Shown here: positions 9,733 through 21,500 of the stretch, piece by piece
How the letters are laid out: each line of letters starts with the position of its first letter
How positions within the stretch are numbered: the stretch's first letter is position 1
IMG/VR virus record: IMGVR_UViG_3300021959_007005
DNA length: 64,000 nt
Reading direction: 5' to 3' (one strand)
Source: a virus
Lineage: Duplodnaviria; Caudoviricetes
Made by a program: the position numbers and the translations under genes
Notes under the pieces: model-generated
Databases searched by the model: none
What the model was told of the DNA's origin: nothing
What the model saw: the letters and a program-made list of their open reading frames with translations, nothing else

Positions 9733-10715
9733 ATTGTAATCTCCTCTTGTGCAAACGTAATATTGCGTATATTGTCTGATACTAATATTTTACATTGATC
9801 TACATTGTCAGTCAAGTTTAAATTTATTTCTTGTTTCCAACCTATTTTTTCAAATGGTATTTTTATTGTTGATAATAAGCTATTTGGATCTTTTTTAGTA
9901 ATATAAAAAGTCAAGTCTCCAAAAATTTTATGTTCCTGTGGATCACTAAAATTACTACGCATAACCCATCCATTAGTTGTATTACTTATTACAAATGTCG
10001 GTACTTGAATTTGTCCAGGTTCATAAATTTTAGCATGATATCGTTTATGACTTTTATTACTTGTATACTCAGCACCAACAAAATATTCCTTAGTTCTAAT
10101 AGAATAACTTTTAAAAATTCTTCTTGTTAAAATTTGTATATCATCTAAACTACATATCGTTCTCAGATGACTCATATCAAAAATACGAAATCCATCATTC
10201 ATAAGATCAATAGGATCAATTTCATATGTAGACATCAGATAGCTTGGGTTCTTTTTACTAATCAGATAAAATTTAATTTTACTATACTGACTTTGCGAAC
10301 TTTGTTTTTTAACGTGTCGAGCACCAGTCATTCTATATACTGTGTCTTGATTAAAATTTACTTCCATTTTCCAATCATTTGTATACAAGATAATGTTAAC
10401 GTCACAATTTTTGTTATGATACTCAGGTATCATACTAAGTTGGTCTTCTTCCTTTTTAATGGTAAGTTTTTTACTTTTCGCCATCAAGACGAATCCATCT
10501 TTACTCTCAGACACAACAAAACGGCGTGGGTCTAATTCCCCAAGCATTATTTTTCTAGCATTGTCGTCATTAGTCTTAAGATAAGAATGCTTGCTAGGTT
10601 TTGGTTTATTTGAAATTTCAACAACCTGACCATCCCATTCTTCATAGTATACAAAGTAATCAGCTGGAGGTTTATCCACTATATATTCACTTAGTGACAG
10701 AAAGTTTGAGGTCAT
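9729..10715 (-). CDS. Hypothetical protein within the radical SAM/GT operon
   Basis: 328-aa ORF overlapping both neighbours; no motif recognised. Confidence 0.75.
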   Translation of the reverse strand: MTSNFLSLSEYIVDKPPADYFVYYEEWDGQVVEISNKPKPSKHSYLKTNDDNARKIMLGELDPRRFVVSESKDGFVLMAKSKKLTIKKEEDQLSMIPEYHNKNCDVNIILYTNDWKMEVNFNQDTVYRMTGARHVKKQSSQSQYSKIKFYLISKKNPSYLMSTYEIDPIDLMNDGFRIFDMSHLRTICSLDDIQILTRRIFKSYSIRTKEYFVGAEYTSNKSHKRYHAKIYEPGQIQVPTFVISNTTNGWVMRSNFSDPQEHKIFGDLTFYITKKDPNSLLSTIKIPFEKIGWKQEINLNLTDNVDQCKILVSDNIRNITFAQEEITI

Positions 10716-11556
10716 CTATTATTTCTTTCGTTATAAATTGCTCGTCACCGTAATGAATAATTCCAGAAGACAATTTATGATTTTCTATAATTATATCACC
10801 ATCATCAGTGTACCAACTGTTAAGCATTTCTGTCCAGTTTTTTGGAATATCAGAGTGCCATAATCCTTGACTACGATTATCAAGATCATAAAAATCATCC
10901 ATCCAAATACCAATGTTATCTTCTTGGTTTAGTAAGTATGTTACAATATTTGTTAAAACATTCTTATTAAAAGTTTCTGGTCTTTTCTCATTGAATATTT
11001 TTGCATACATATCTCGCCAGTTTTGAAAAACTGGATCTGCCATTTTAAACCATTCAATAGCCTCATCAGTTGATTTATCAAAGTATATCAAATGACTATA
11101 ATGTTGTGATAGTTTGTAATGACTTTCAAATTCAAATTTACTGGTTTTCTGTGCAATTCCATTTCTAAAATTTCTAGCAACAATAGGCATAGCTATACTT
11201 TTGTTTTTAAATTGTTGCCAAAAAAGGTCTATATCAACATTTAAAAATAACATATCATTATCAATATACACTGTTTCATTGAAAGGAGAACAATGATACA
11301 TTTGCCATAAATTCGTGCCATGAAATCCATCTTTATATGCTGAATTACCAAATTTTAATTCAGTTATATAATCAAAAACATCATGGTATACGTCCGGTAC
11401 ATCGTCAAGTTTTCCCTGATCGACCACTAAGCATATTTCAGAATTAGGGTCACACTTTTTAATACTACATGCTAATGCATAATTATATTGAATTTGGTCA
11501 GTTTCAGTATTAATTCCCAGTGTTATGAATCCTCTACTCATACTCTTCATCTCCAT
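10687..11556 (-). CDS. GT8-like glycosyltransferase (GT-A fold), putative
   Basis: RGFITLG...YALACSIK start and a DxD motif in SPFNETVYIDNDML. Confidence 0.65.
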   Translation of the reverse strand: MEMKSMSRGFITLGINTETDQIQYNYALACSIKKCDPNSEICLVVDQGKLDDVPDVYHDVFDYITELKFGNSAYKDGFHGTNLWQMYHCSPFNETVYIDNDMLFLNVDIDLFWQQFKNKSIAMPIVARNFRNGIAQKTSKFEFESHYKLSQHYSHLIYFDKSTDEAIEWFKMADPVFQNWRDMYAKIFNEKRPETFNKNVLTNIVTYLLNQEDNIGIWMDDFYDLDNRSQGLWHSDIPKNWTEMLNSWYTDDGDIIIENHKLSSGIIHYGDEQFITKEIIDDLKLSVTK

Positions 11557-12460
11557 TTAATACTTTTAATGAGTGTGCTAACTCTTTAAGAATACCTGGT
11601 GCATGTCGAGCCAATGCACGTTTATTCATAATATGCAGATTTTCATTTTCAGTTCTGACTAATAAATTTTTCCATTGTTCTTGTCGATTATGTGCCAAGA
11701 AAGTCCAATCGTTTATATTTTTAACTCTGATTAAATCATCTTTCTGATCCATATTTACAAGCGGAATATTTTTAAAATCATGTACCAGGTTATTACTATT
11801 AAACCCATTTAGCATATGGGCAGCAATACTTACACAAAAATCTGTTCTAAATAAACTAGGAGGAAACTGATAGAGCAAATGATAATACTCCCAATTTTCT
11901 TTAACATGAGCCCACATATCAAAGAATATTTTACTCTCATCAGATTTATCAAAGTAAACAGCGGTACTCCACCAGTGATGAATGCCAGCTTCATTTAGTT
12001 GTTGCTCATTTAGATATGGAGGTGTAAAATCCAAATACCTTGCAGTACGATGCATACCCAATGATACGTCACTTTCAAACAAATAATTGTAAAAATTATT
12101 TTGTATTATATAATCACTATCAATTAATAGTGTTTTATCAAAAGGAGTAAGATTAAAGATGTCATTTTTATTTTTATTACTAAACTGTGCAGCAAATTCA
12201 GTCCAAGGACTGTCATAATGTTTACGTGGATTGGGATCATGGTCAATTTCATGTGCGATTACATAATCAAAAAACAGAGATTGCATATCCTCAGTCATGC
12301 TCTGTTCCATCCAGGACACCGTGCCAGTATCAGTAATTAATGCGACTTCAATATTTTTCATATTGAGTTTAGCATATCCAGCTGCAATAGATGCAAATTG
12401 TAGATAATCAAGCTGACTATTGTTGTAGGCAATTATTGCAACACCTTGCTTGCTACTCAT
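11534..12460 (-). CDS. GT8-like glycosyltransferase (GT-A fold), putative
   Basis: QGVAIIAYNN start and a DxD motif in TPFDKTLLIDSDY; appears paralogous to 10687-11556 (WENVKENW vs FQNWRDMY region). Confidence 0.65.
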   Translation of the reverse strand: MSSKQGVAIIAYNNSQLDYLQFASIAAGYAKLNMKNIEVALITDTGTVSWMEQSMTEDMQSLFFDYVIAHEIDHDPNPRKHYDSPWTEFAAQFSNKNKNDIFNLTPFDKTLLIDSDYIIQNNFYNYLFESDVSLGMHRTARYLDFTPPYLNEQQLNEAGIHHWWSTAVYFDKSDESKIFFDMWAHVKENWEYYHLLYQFPPSLFRTDFCVSIAAHMLNGFNSNNLVHDFKNIPLVNMDQKDDLIRVKNINDWTFLAHNRQEQWKNLLVRTENENLHIMNKRALARHAPGILKELAHSLKVLNGDEEYE

Positions 12461-12463
12461 TTT

Positions 12464-12811
12464 CTACCAATCCATTAACTTTTTAACACTTCGAGCTCTG
12501 TTAATTTTTTCTATTTGTGTTTTATATTCATTTGTTGCTGCCTGATATGCTTCAAGCAATTCACGACAAAAATCTTCCAAGTCCTCAATCAAAATTGGAT
12601 TATCTTTGATATCTAGTATAACACTTGATTTTTTTCCATGTTGTATTAATGCGTTAACAAATCCAATAGTATGTGAATCAGCCATAAACGTGCCCTTTTC
12701 ATAATGCACAGTTTGTATGACATTCATTCTACTTCTAATTTGTCTTTTTTGGTTGCCTAAGGTTGTTCTATAATTAGCAAATTCTAACGCTTTCTCTAAA
12801 CGTTCGTCCAT
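12464..12811 (-). CDS. Hypothetical phage protein, first gene of the operon
   Basis: 115-aa ORF with an AGGAG ribosome-binding site upstream. Confidence 0.75.
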   Translation of the reverse strand: MDERLEKALEFANYRTTLGNQKRQIRSRMNVIQTVHYEKGTFMADSHTIGFVNALIQHGKKSSVILDIKDNPILIEDLEDFCRELLEAYQAATNEYKTQIEKINRARSVKKLMDW

Positions 12812-12839
12812 ACGGATATTCTCCTGTTAATTAACTACT

Positions 12840-12868
12840 ACTATAACTTATTTAGTAGTAAATGTCAA
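12840..12868 (-). promoter_or_regulatory. Composite promoter: sigma70-type TTGACA-17-TATAGT with a nested late-type CTAAATA
   Basis: Minus strand: -35 at 12863-12868, -10 at 12840-12845, TAAATA box at 12849-12855; lies in the gap upstream of 12811. Confidence 0.65.
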
Positions 12869-12875
12869 CGGAACT

Positions 12876-14027
12876 TTATGGAGTATTATCATCACTTGTG
12901 TTAAAACTATTTGTAACTTGACATGTGGGTACTGGATTAACATCAAATTCTGCATCTTTATATGTAACAATATCTGGCATTAATAAACTAAGATTGGCAG
13001 TTGTAACACCGTCAACATATTGTGCTAAACTAGTATCATCAAGAACTAGTTTAAAGTGAACTTCCTTACCACCATTGGCCCACTTTCCGTAAAGTTTAAA
13101 TTTCATACTTTGGTATGCGCCACCGTATCCACTATATCCACTATATCCTGTTGGACTAATTCCAATACCAGAGTATGCAGACCCGCCTCCGTCTACATAT
13201 ATGTAATCGCCACTAGCTCCCCCATAACCATAACCATAGCCATAACCACTTATTGTTACTCCGCTGCTAGTATAAAGTAGACCTTCATTATGATACCCAG
13301 CATCTGATCCATCACCATAATTTTCGGTTAGGTCATAAAACCCCTTGCCTTCACTAGTACCACCAGTAAATGCAGCACTTTCGAAAACATTATCATATGT
13401 AAAGTTTAACTGACCCATTTCATTTAAAATATCACTCCAGTTATAATAACCAGCAGTTGACCCACCGGTGATATTCATACTAACACGAAGTTGCCCGCCG
13501 CCGTTGAAAAAATATCTAGCATGATTATAACTATTGAATGTCCACTTATGCTCGCCATTTAATTGGTGTTGCCAAACACTGGTCCTATTATATGCTGGAC
13601 CTGTTGGTGTTATAATAAGACTACTAGCATTCGCTGCATCTACTGTTAAATGGTTATTGTTTATTAATAAGGTATTAAACTTTGATTCAACTAAATTTAA
13701 ATCTTCAGCACGTATTAAGCTATACTTAACAACATCAGTACGTCCTGTAGGTACATTAAAAATTAATATAGTATCAGGTAAAATGGTTCTATCTGTACTG
13801 ACATTTGTGCGTTCAACTAAATCTTGCAATCTTTCAGCAGTAATATCAGTACCAATAGTTAATGCATCTTCTATATTTACAGCACCCCAACCGAACTTAT
13901 GTGTTAATGCACGATTAGCATCTGTGACAGATGCAGTACTATATTTGTCACCAAATATCTTGTTAACAACTTCTGCAACGCTGTTGTATTCCGATGCTAA
14001 TACAACGGTATTGGGGCTAGCCACCAT
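12876..14027 (-). CDS. Putative virion structural (tail/baseplate) protein with a Gly/Tyr/Ser-rich segment
   Basis: Located in the tail module; Ser/Thr/Gly/Asn-rich composition; GYGYGYGYGG...GYSGYSGYGG stretch. Confidence 0.6.
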   Translation of the reverse strand: MVASPNTVVLASEYNSVAEVVNKIFGDKYSTASVTDANRALTHKFGWGAVNIEDALTIGTDITAERLQDLVERTNVSTDRTILPDTILIFNVPTGRTDVVKYSLIRAEDLNLVESKFNTLLINNNHLTVDAANASSLIITPTGPAYNRTSVWQHQLNGEHKWTFNSYNHARYFFNGGGQLRVSMNITGGSTAGYYNWSDILNEMGQLNFTYDNVFESAAFTGGTSEGKGFYDLTENYGDGSDAGYHNEGLLYTSSGVTISGYGYGYGYGGASGDYIYVDGGGSAYSGIGISPTGYSGYSGYGGAYQSMKFKLYGKWANGGKEVHFKLVLDDTSLAQYVDGVTTANLSLLMPDIVTYKDAEFDVNPVPTCQVTNSFNTSDDNTP

Positions 14028-14028
14028 A

Positions 14029-14946
14029 TTACTTTACTCCGACTACTACTTCAATTGTACCTGCCTCGTCAGTATCTTTACTTTCAAGAGCTCTACCAAT
14101 TATCCTTCTATAGTCATCTAATTCTAATTGACTTGCACCTCTTGCATGCCCCGTTATATCACTGCTAACTAATCTCTGACCTTTTTTAATCTTCCCAACT
14201 ACCTTACATGGTACTCTGCCAGCTAATGCAATAAATGGATGTGTTGTATCTGTTCCTGCTGAACTATTCATTTCAAATCCTGGTGCTGTACTTACTATTC
14301 CAAACACTTCATTATCTAAATCAAAAATAGTTTGGGTTACTTCTGCATCCCCGCCTAATCTTACAATAGTACCAGCATCATATTCTGCATCTGCTGCATA
14401 ACGCTCTGCAAGGTCAGCATATTCTGCACTTGTGGCAATGCCTCTAAATTTATAATTAACTGTATTATTAAGTTGTATACCAGCTTGTATTACTGGATAC
14501 TGTGTGGTAAGTGCTGTTACATTATCTTCCAAATATTCAGTTGCATGCGGTGTCCATGCTGTTGTGTCATCAGTTATAATACTAACAATTTGTCCATCAA
14601 CAACAGTCTCAATTGTCTTATGATAATTTAATAAGGTATCTTGTCTATTTCTATATTCAATCCGTGTATCTCCAGCCGGAGCACCAATTGAATACCATTT
14701 GCCACTTTCGTATATCATTAGTGTGTTGTTTGCTGTATCATACCAAAGTTGTCCTTCAGTAGGATTACTGGGTGCGGATCCATTAGCAAAATTTTCTAAT
14801 AAATGTAGTAAATCTTCGTTTAATGCTTCGCCAAACGCTGTATAATTTTTACCAATAAGTTTTAAACTGGTACTAGTGTTAACTGTCCCATCGTTTACTA
14901 CTATTTGCGTCTTTGTACTATCTGAAAAGTCTAATGTATATGGCAT
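14029..14946 (-). CDS. Virion fibre-like protein with a C-terminal intramolecular chaperone (peptidase G2-like autocleavage) domain
   Basis: YADLAERY...GIVSTAPG...ALAGRVPCKVVG..KKGQRLVSS pattern; N-terminal NPTEGQLWYDT fibre motif. Confidence 0.7.
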   Translation of the reverse strand: MPYTLDFSDSTKTQIVVNDGTVNTSTSLKLIGKNYTAFGEALNEDLLHLLENFANGSAPSNPTEGQLWYDTANNTLMIYESGKWYSIGAPAGDTRIEYRNRQDTLLNYHKTIETVVDGQIVSIITDDTTAWTPHATEYLEDNVTALTTQYPVIQAGIQLNNTVNYKFRGIATSAEYADLAERYAADAEYDAGTIVRLGGDAEVTQTIFDLDNEVFGIVSTAPGFEMNSSAGTDTTHPFIALAGRVPCKVVGKIKKGQRLVSSDITGHARGASQLELDDYRRIIGRALESKDTDEAGTIEVVVGVK

Positions 14947-14957
14947 GTTTTTTCCTA

Positions 14958-15548
14958 TTATATATCCTGGAAACTAGTTCTTATTCTTAGAGTGTATACT
15001 ACTTGAATTTTTCTATTAGCACTCTTTTGTACTGGATGAAAAACAACATGTGTTAGTAAGTCACCGTTTGCACTATAAATTCCTAGCTCATCGAAAATAT
15101 ATGTTCCTGTCTGTGATGTGGCTGTATCAGTGGCATCTTGTCCTGCTGGTACATTATAGTCTAATGTACACGTTACTTCTACGTCACTATATGTATTATT
15201 GGCAGTATGAGATACTGCACTTTTATTATATGCATCTGCTGCATCTACATTAGCAGTATGTGTAGAATTGTATAACGTTCCTGATGATGAACTAGTATTT
15301 GGCACTTTATATGTTACTGTACCAAGCCCATCTATAGTTGTGCCGCCATTACCAAATCGCATAGTCCCAATTTGATGTGTGCTTGTAGATCCTGCTTTGT
15401 TAGATAACAAGTTTGCTATAGCAATACTCATATTTTCAAAATTAACAGCATTGCGTCTGCGTACTAATACTTCACCTGATACAGGATCCCATATTTTAAT
15501 ATGTCCTTCAATCCCAATCATTGTGTCTTCTCTCTGTGATAAACTCAT
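14958..15548 (-). CDS. Putative baseplate/tail structural protein
   Basis: ORF in the tail module with a FDELGIY...LLTHVVF motif typical of fibre-attachment proteins; TATAAATA upstream. Confidence 0.55.
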   Translation of the reverse strand: MSLSQREDTMIGIEGHIKIWDPVSGEVLVRRRNAVNFENMSIAIANLLSNKAGSTSTHQIGTMRFGNGGTTIDGLGTVTYKVPNTSSSSGTLYNSTHTANVDAADAYNKSAVSHTANNTYSDVEVTCTLDYNVPAGQDATDTATSQTGTYIFDELGIYSANGDLLTHVVFHPVQKSANRKIQVVYTLRIRTSFQDI

Positions 15549-15569
15549 ATCTCTTCTTCCAATTTATAG

Positions 15570-15577
15570 TATTTATA
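15570..15577 (-). promoter_or_regulatory. T4-type late promoter TATAAATA
   Basis: Exact match to the T4 late consensus in the intergenic gap upstream of 15548. Confidence 0.65.
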
Positions 15578-15593
15578 CTTTAAAATACCATGA

Positions 15594-18500
15594 TCATATT
15601 GATCCCGGCCCTGCACTCCTAATGAAGGCATGTTCTGGCGAAATTCCTGTGGCACTTAGGCTTGTACCGCTGTCGTTGTATGCCATACGTAAATTATCAC
15701 CATAATGTGAGAATTTTTCTAGTGTTGGAATACGTGTCGACGGTCCACTGTGTATTATAGTTGAACCGTTAGTGTGTGCTTTTGCACTTGTTCCCAACGT
15801 ACCTCTTATGCAATATAGTAAATTATTATTGTCTATTGCACTATATTCAATTCTTTCGCCATTTATATATACAACTCCAGGATCTGTAGTTGGATTATCA
15901 AATAATGCTAGACTTGTCGCTGGTATTGTGGTGTCTGTTGCTGTTACGCTGCTACTTAATGATGTTTTCTGCGCATCATCAATAACATTGCTAATCTGTA
16001 CATCGTTAGGTTGATATATGCTCATTCTAAATGCTCTACTGTTTCCATCATATGTACTACCACTACTATTTGTTTGTACTGTTATTGAGATATTCTCTGT
16101 GAAATCTGTTGGATATAATTCTTCGCCCCAGCCTTCGTATGCTGCTTGGTCAAAGTTATTTCCATTATACACATATTCTATATCTCCGTCAAGTGTTGTA
16201 AATGTTATAGCGTCAACATTATCAAGCAAATTAGTAAACGTTCCGCCACTTAGTGTTGTGTCACCTTCCCATGATCTTCCACTATGGTCTTCGTACTTCA
16301 TTGTAATAACACTATTTCTAGATTGTTCTGTTGTTTGTATTCCTACTGCTTCAGCATGGGTTGTTGACTCCATACCAGTTCTTAGTTTAGTATGGAAAGG
16401 TTTAATATCATTTATAAAGTCTTCCACAACGCTAACATCATAATTTGCATAGTTTGTTTGTGTTAAACTTAACGGACGGTTGACTTGTAATTTAACGTAT
16501 GTTGTTTTAAAGGCAAAGTCATCTGTTGTATTTTGTGTGATTGCTTCGTTTAACATATCAAACCAAAGTTTATTATATTTTACTTGATGTTTTCCTATAA
16601 ACAATCTTGTTCTTATTAAATCAAACAGCTCACTAATAACAACACTACTATCGCTATCAAACGGTACAATATCAAAGCCAGCAGCGTCAAAACCATGACC
16701 AAATTTACTTTGGTTCCATAATTCCTCGCTCACCTCTATAGTACCTAACTTTTTCCAACACATTGTCCAGCCATTATTGTAAACATACATTTCATTTCTA
16801 TTTTTACTATCAGGACCAGGTACGTTTTTAATTAGCATGTACTGTCCATTTAATGGTGTTACAACACCAACACTATCATAATAATCTTGTATTGAATTAT
16901 ATGTATAAGTTGGTGTAGTATTTTTATTAAATTGGTATGTTATGTTTCCATTACTATCATAATCCGTTCTTGACCAATCAACCCAATTCCAATATTTGTT
17001 TACACTATATGTTACGTTTGCATTAGTGAATGTGTGATCAAATGTATTTTGCCAATTACTTGTATCAGAAACAATTGGTGTTTCTGCAAGTAACTTGTTT
17101 AAGCTATATACAAAATTGTGTCTTGCATCAACTAGGTTCCTATACAAAGATTGTACAGGTCGAATACTTTGCCCATATCTGTTGAACTCATGTAAATTAA
17201 GATCTGGAACCATTTGTCCACGCCACACATTGATATCGTCTGTCTCAGTTTCGGCTGGTAACGTATACTCTTGAATTTCTGCCCAGTATGTCATTGCTGA
17301 ATCTAGACTTGGTTGTTGATTTATGTTATCAGGTATAACTGCCTGTCCAAACATCCTGGCAGGGAAAGTACTTACATAATATTTACCACCGTCAGTTACA
17401 ACATCATTTATTCTATATGTTGTACTTGCATTCCACGCTGTGTAAACCACTCGCTCTTGATAGTTATTAAACCCTGACAAACTGTCACGCATTTTTATAT
17501 GAAGCTGTTCAGGAATAACACTGTCAATATCACCATCACTTAATAATGTCCATTCGTTTAACGGAAGTGCATTACTATCATATATTTGGTTAACTTGTAT
17601 TACTGAGTTTTTATTAACATAATTGTCTACATTGTTTATAAACAATAAATTACTGCTACTCGCTGCACACCAACTTAGATCAAATCCACTAGGGTTCTCC
17701 ATCAATCTTGCTAATTGATAAGTGTTGTAGTTTCTTTGTCCACTATAGCTAGTTTTGTTCTTAACCCAAAAGTAATAAAACGTTTCACTCTCGTTGGATT
17801 TATTATTATAATAGGTTTGTTCTGCCCAATAATACAACTGTTCGCCATCTAGCATTACTGAATATGCTTCTCCGCTTGCTGGTTTACCATCAACTAAGTT
17901 TCCAAAACTAACAAATTGTTCCCACTGTTCAGGTAAAACTGGACTGCGTGTCCATTCATAAATGTCAATACTTGCACCATCAAACAATCTACCCCAATTA
18001 CTTTGTTGATAATCAATACTACCTTGTTCATAGTTTAAATAAATTGCACTGTTAATATCCCACCAACGCTGTCCAACATTGGTTGCTCCCCAACATCTAG
18101 CTTCATCTAATTGACCGTCAATAGTAGTATGATTATATGTTGCAATATCACTACTTACTATGAAATCAATTTCGTTTTTAATAAACCCAGGAATAATACC
18201 TTTTGCTGGATCAAATGTTTCTATAGTAGTAATCGTAGTTTGCGATTTAGCATCATAGATTTTAACATTTTCTATTAGATCATTTCTAGCCTGATTTGGC
18301 ATAGATCTAATTGCTAACCATTCACCATTTGTATGTCCAACTGTATTACTAAACGTGCCAGTCCACTTATATACAGTTGGTGTGCCTGTGTTGTCATCAT
18401 TAACATATGCATAAATGGGAGTTTGTTGATTATTTTGTCTATAGCCACTAAAGTTAAATTTATACGCACCACCTGAATTTGGTGTACCTTTTAGTACCTT

Positions 18501-21500
18501 AGTATTATACTCAGTGTCTAATGTTGCTTTGTCTTTAAATGTAACATTTTTTAGTGGATATACATTTCCTTCTGTAGCTTCCGTTTCAATATATTCATCT
18601 ATATAAAATTTATTTGATGATGACGTATCAACTTTGGTTACTTTATGTATTCCATCAATATTTGGTTTACTATTACTACCACGTATTAATACATAATCAC
18701 CAACTAATACATTGTGTGCTTGTGAATTTGCCAAAATAATTTCTGCATCGTCTGCTTCAGTGATTCCAGCACAAATTCTATGTGCATACATTCCAAAGTC
18801 CATTGTTTGGTAAACGGCATAGCCCCTATTAAAGTTTCCTTGGAAACTATTATCAGCAACCCATATACTAAACAAGTTTGGATCATAAGTCATTTGTTGA
18901 AATACTACATTATTATTTACTATAGCTTCAAATACATTTGATACTGTACTTTGGGTTGCACTATATGTTAGTGCAGTAAGTCCAACTGAACTGTTACTAG
19001 TACCTGCACCAATAATAAGGATAGGGTTTGTACTGGTTATTTTTAGTCTGTTATTACTATTACTTGCTGTAACACCAGTAATTCCTTTACTGTTAATTTT
19101 TCCAATTATTGAAGTAATGTCTAGATTAACGTCAGTTTCAGTTGTTGTTGTACCAGCAAGGATAACACCAGTTGTCAACCCTATTACACTATTTGATGTA
19201 CCACCACCAATAAACAAGGTAGCGGCATTACAGTTTATTTGTAATAAGTTTGTGTTTGAACTATTAATCTGAGCAGTTATACTTGTAATGCTAGCTGCAT
19301 TAATTTGATCAACAACTTGTGCAATTGTTAAATTTGGAGTACTTGATGCAACACTACTAGTTGCTGATGTTGTATCAGCTGGTATACCCACATCACCATT
19401 TGCTGTTCCTGAACCAATAATTAAATCAAACGCAACACCAGGAGTAGATGTTGTCTTAGTTATACGCAATCTATTACTGCTATTTTGTACTGTAATATTT
19501 GCTATACCAATTGATGTAATTCTATTAATAATATCACTCAGTGTGTATACTTTAAATCCACTTGTTGTTTCTGTAGTTACAATTGTGCTTGGCGTGATAA
19601 CACTGCTAGCATTAGCTGAGTTTGTTAAGTATGTTTTAAACCCAAGCATGTATTGACCATTTGCAATCGCAGCCTGTGATCCAGATATATGTGCTGGTGT
19701 AATAATTTGTGTTCCAGCTAATACTGCTGATGCAGTATATGGACTACCATTTAATAAGTTTATGATAGCAACGTCATCTGTTATTAATGCAGCAAGTTGA
19801 CTTTGATAAGCTGGTGCAGCATTGTATTCTACAAGAAGTTGACTAATATTTAATTGTCCAGCACTTGTACAGTATGTGGACATAAAGCTAGCCCAAGCCG
19901 CGGCGCCATTAACTGCTACATATGCACTTCTTAATGCTTCAAGTGCAGCAATTCTATTGGTACTACTATGTGAAATACCAGCAGTACTAAATGCATTACT
20001 ATATGCAACACTGGCAGTAATGTTTGCTGTATTATTTTGTGTTTCATTGAATGGTATTGTGTTACCATCAATAATTAATGTTTTAGCTGCACTACCATTA
20101 ATAGTTGGGTTAGTTGTGGTTCCGTTTATTACAATATCATTAAACGTTGTTGTATTCACCACGTTAGAAAATACAATTGTTTGCGCCGTTGCAGATGTCG
20201 TGCCTAAAATTAAACTACTACCATGAGTAACTACGTTTGAGCTAACTAAATCATTTCCACCGATTTTTTGTATTACGCCTTGTACTGTTGATGTTGCAGT
20301 ACGTGTCAGTGGAATTGATATATTATCTAATATCAGTGTGTTTGATAAATTACTAGCTACATTTGGTAATGTAATACTTCCGATTACTTCAATTGGATCA
20401 TTTGGTGTAGTTAAGCCACTACTGCCATCAATGTCCACCATTTGCCACGTTTTGCCTTGGTGTAAAATTTTGTCATTAAATTTGTAGCTTGTTCTATTAT
20501 TCCAAGCATAAATGTCTTGCCATTCTCCTGAAAAATTATAATCAGTTTTTGTTTCCAAAGGAAACGTTGCAAGATCATCTCTGTTTATTACTCTGTAATC
20601 TACTTCACTTGTTAGCGGTAATCCTGCAGTTATAAAGTCATTAGCATAAGTTTCTTCATAACTAATAGTATCACCAGATTCTAAAATTCTTGGAAGTCTA
20701 GTTGTAAAGTTGTCTCCTGGAGTACCAGTAACAAGTAACGGACTATTATGATCAACATCAATAACAACATCAGTTAAAACATCATTAACTTCTTCTGCGC
20801 TAAATCTAACTGCCTGTGGGCTAGTAGTTAATAAGTCTGGTGTTATTTGAAATTCTATAGTATCTCTACTACGTGTATCACCATAATCAGCTGTTCTGAT
20901 TGCCCACTCTTCATGTATATTTGCCGTTGCATCACCATCAAATAATGATTTATTTTTCATAAACGCATCTAATGCAAGTCGTGTACCTCTATATTTTCGA
21001 GTACCTTTTATGAATTCATACAATGTGTCATCATCTATGTCAAGTTTAGAACTCCATTCTGGTTTGTTATATCCAACATTAAATCTTGCAACATCAACAA
21101 TTTGTTGATTATTGATGGTGTTCCCTCTTCCATAATACTGGTCCATTTCTCTTGCACTAGTATCTAAGTTATCCACAATAGTATTATCAGTTATAATATA
21201 GCCTGGTGCATATAGCTTACCATTCCAGTTCTTAGTTTTACTACCACGCCATTTAATTCTTGTATGTCTTTGCCCAAGTGCTGGATTATAGATAACATCA
21301 TCAAAATTTGTACTATTATCAAATACAATCGCATGTTCAAGTTCAACTTTGTAAAGTCTAATACCCGCAATAAATGTTTTATCAGGATCTTTAACTGATA
21401 TTGTTGTTATTGCATCTTCACCTTTATCAAATTCACGAACTATATAAATTTCACTACTGCTGATTTGTTTACCATATGGATCTATTAAATTATAAACCCC

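Noticed and set aside
595-10535. Many short plus-strand ORFs opposite the radical SAM/GT operon (e.g. 595-861, 3839-4183, 7620-7874, 9301-9648)
   Set aside because: They are antisense shadows of long genes with clear motifs, and they have no motifs or RBS of their own.
13534-14121. 195-aa plus-strand ORF
   Set aside because: It lies entirely antisense to structural genes, and its composition reflects the reverse-complement codon pattern.
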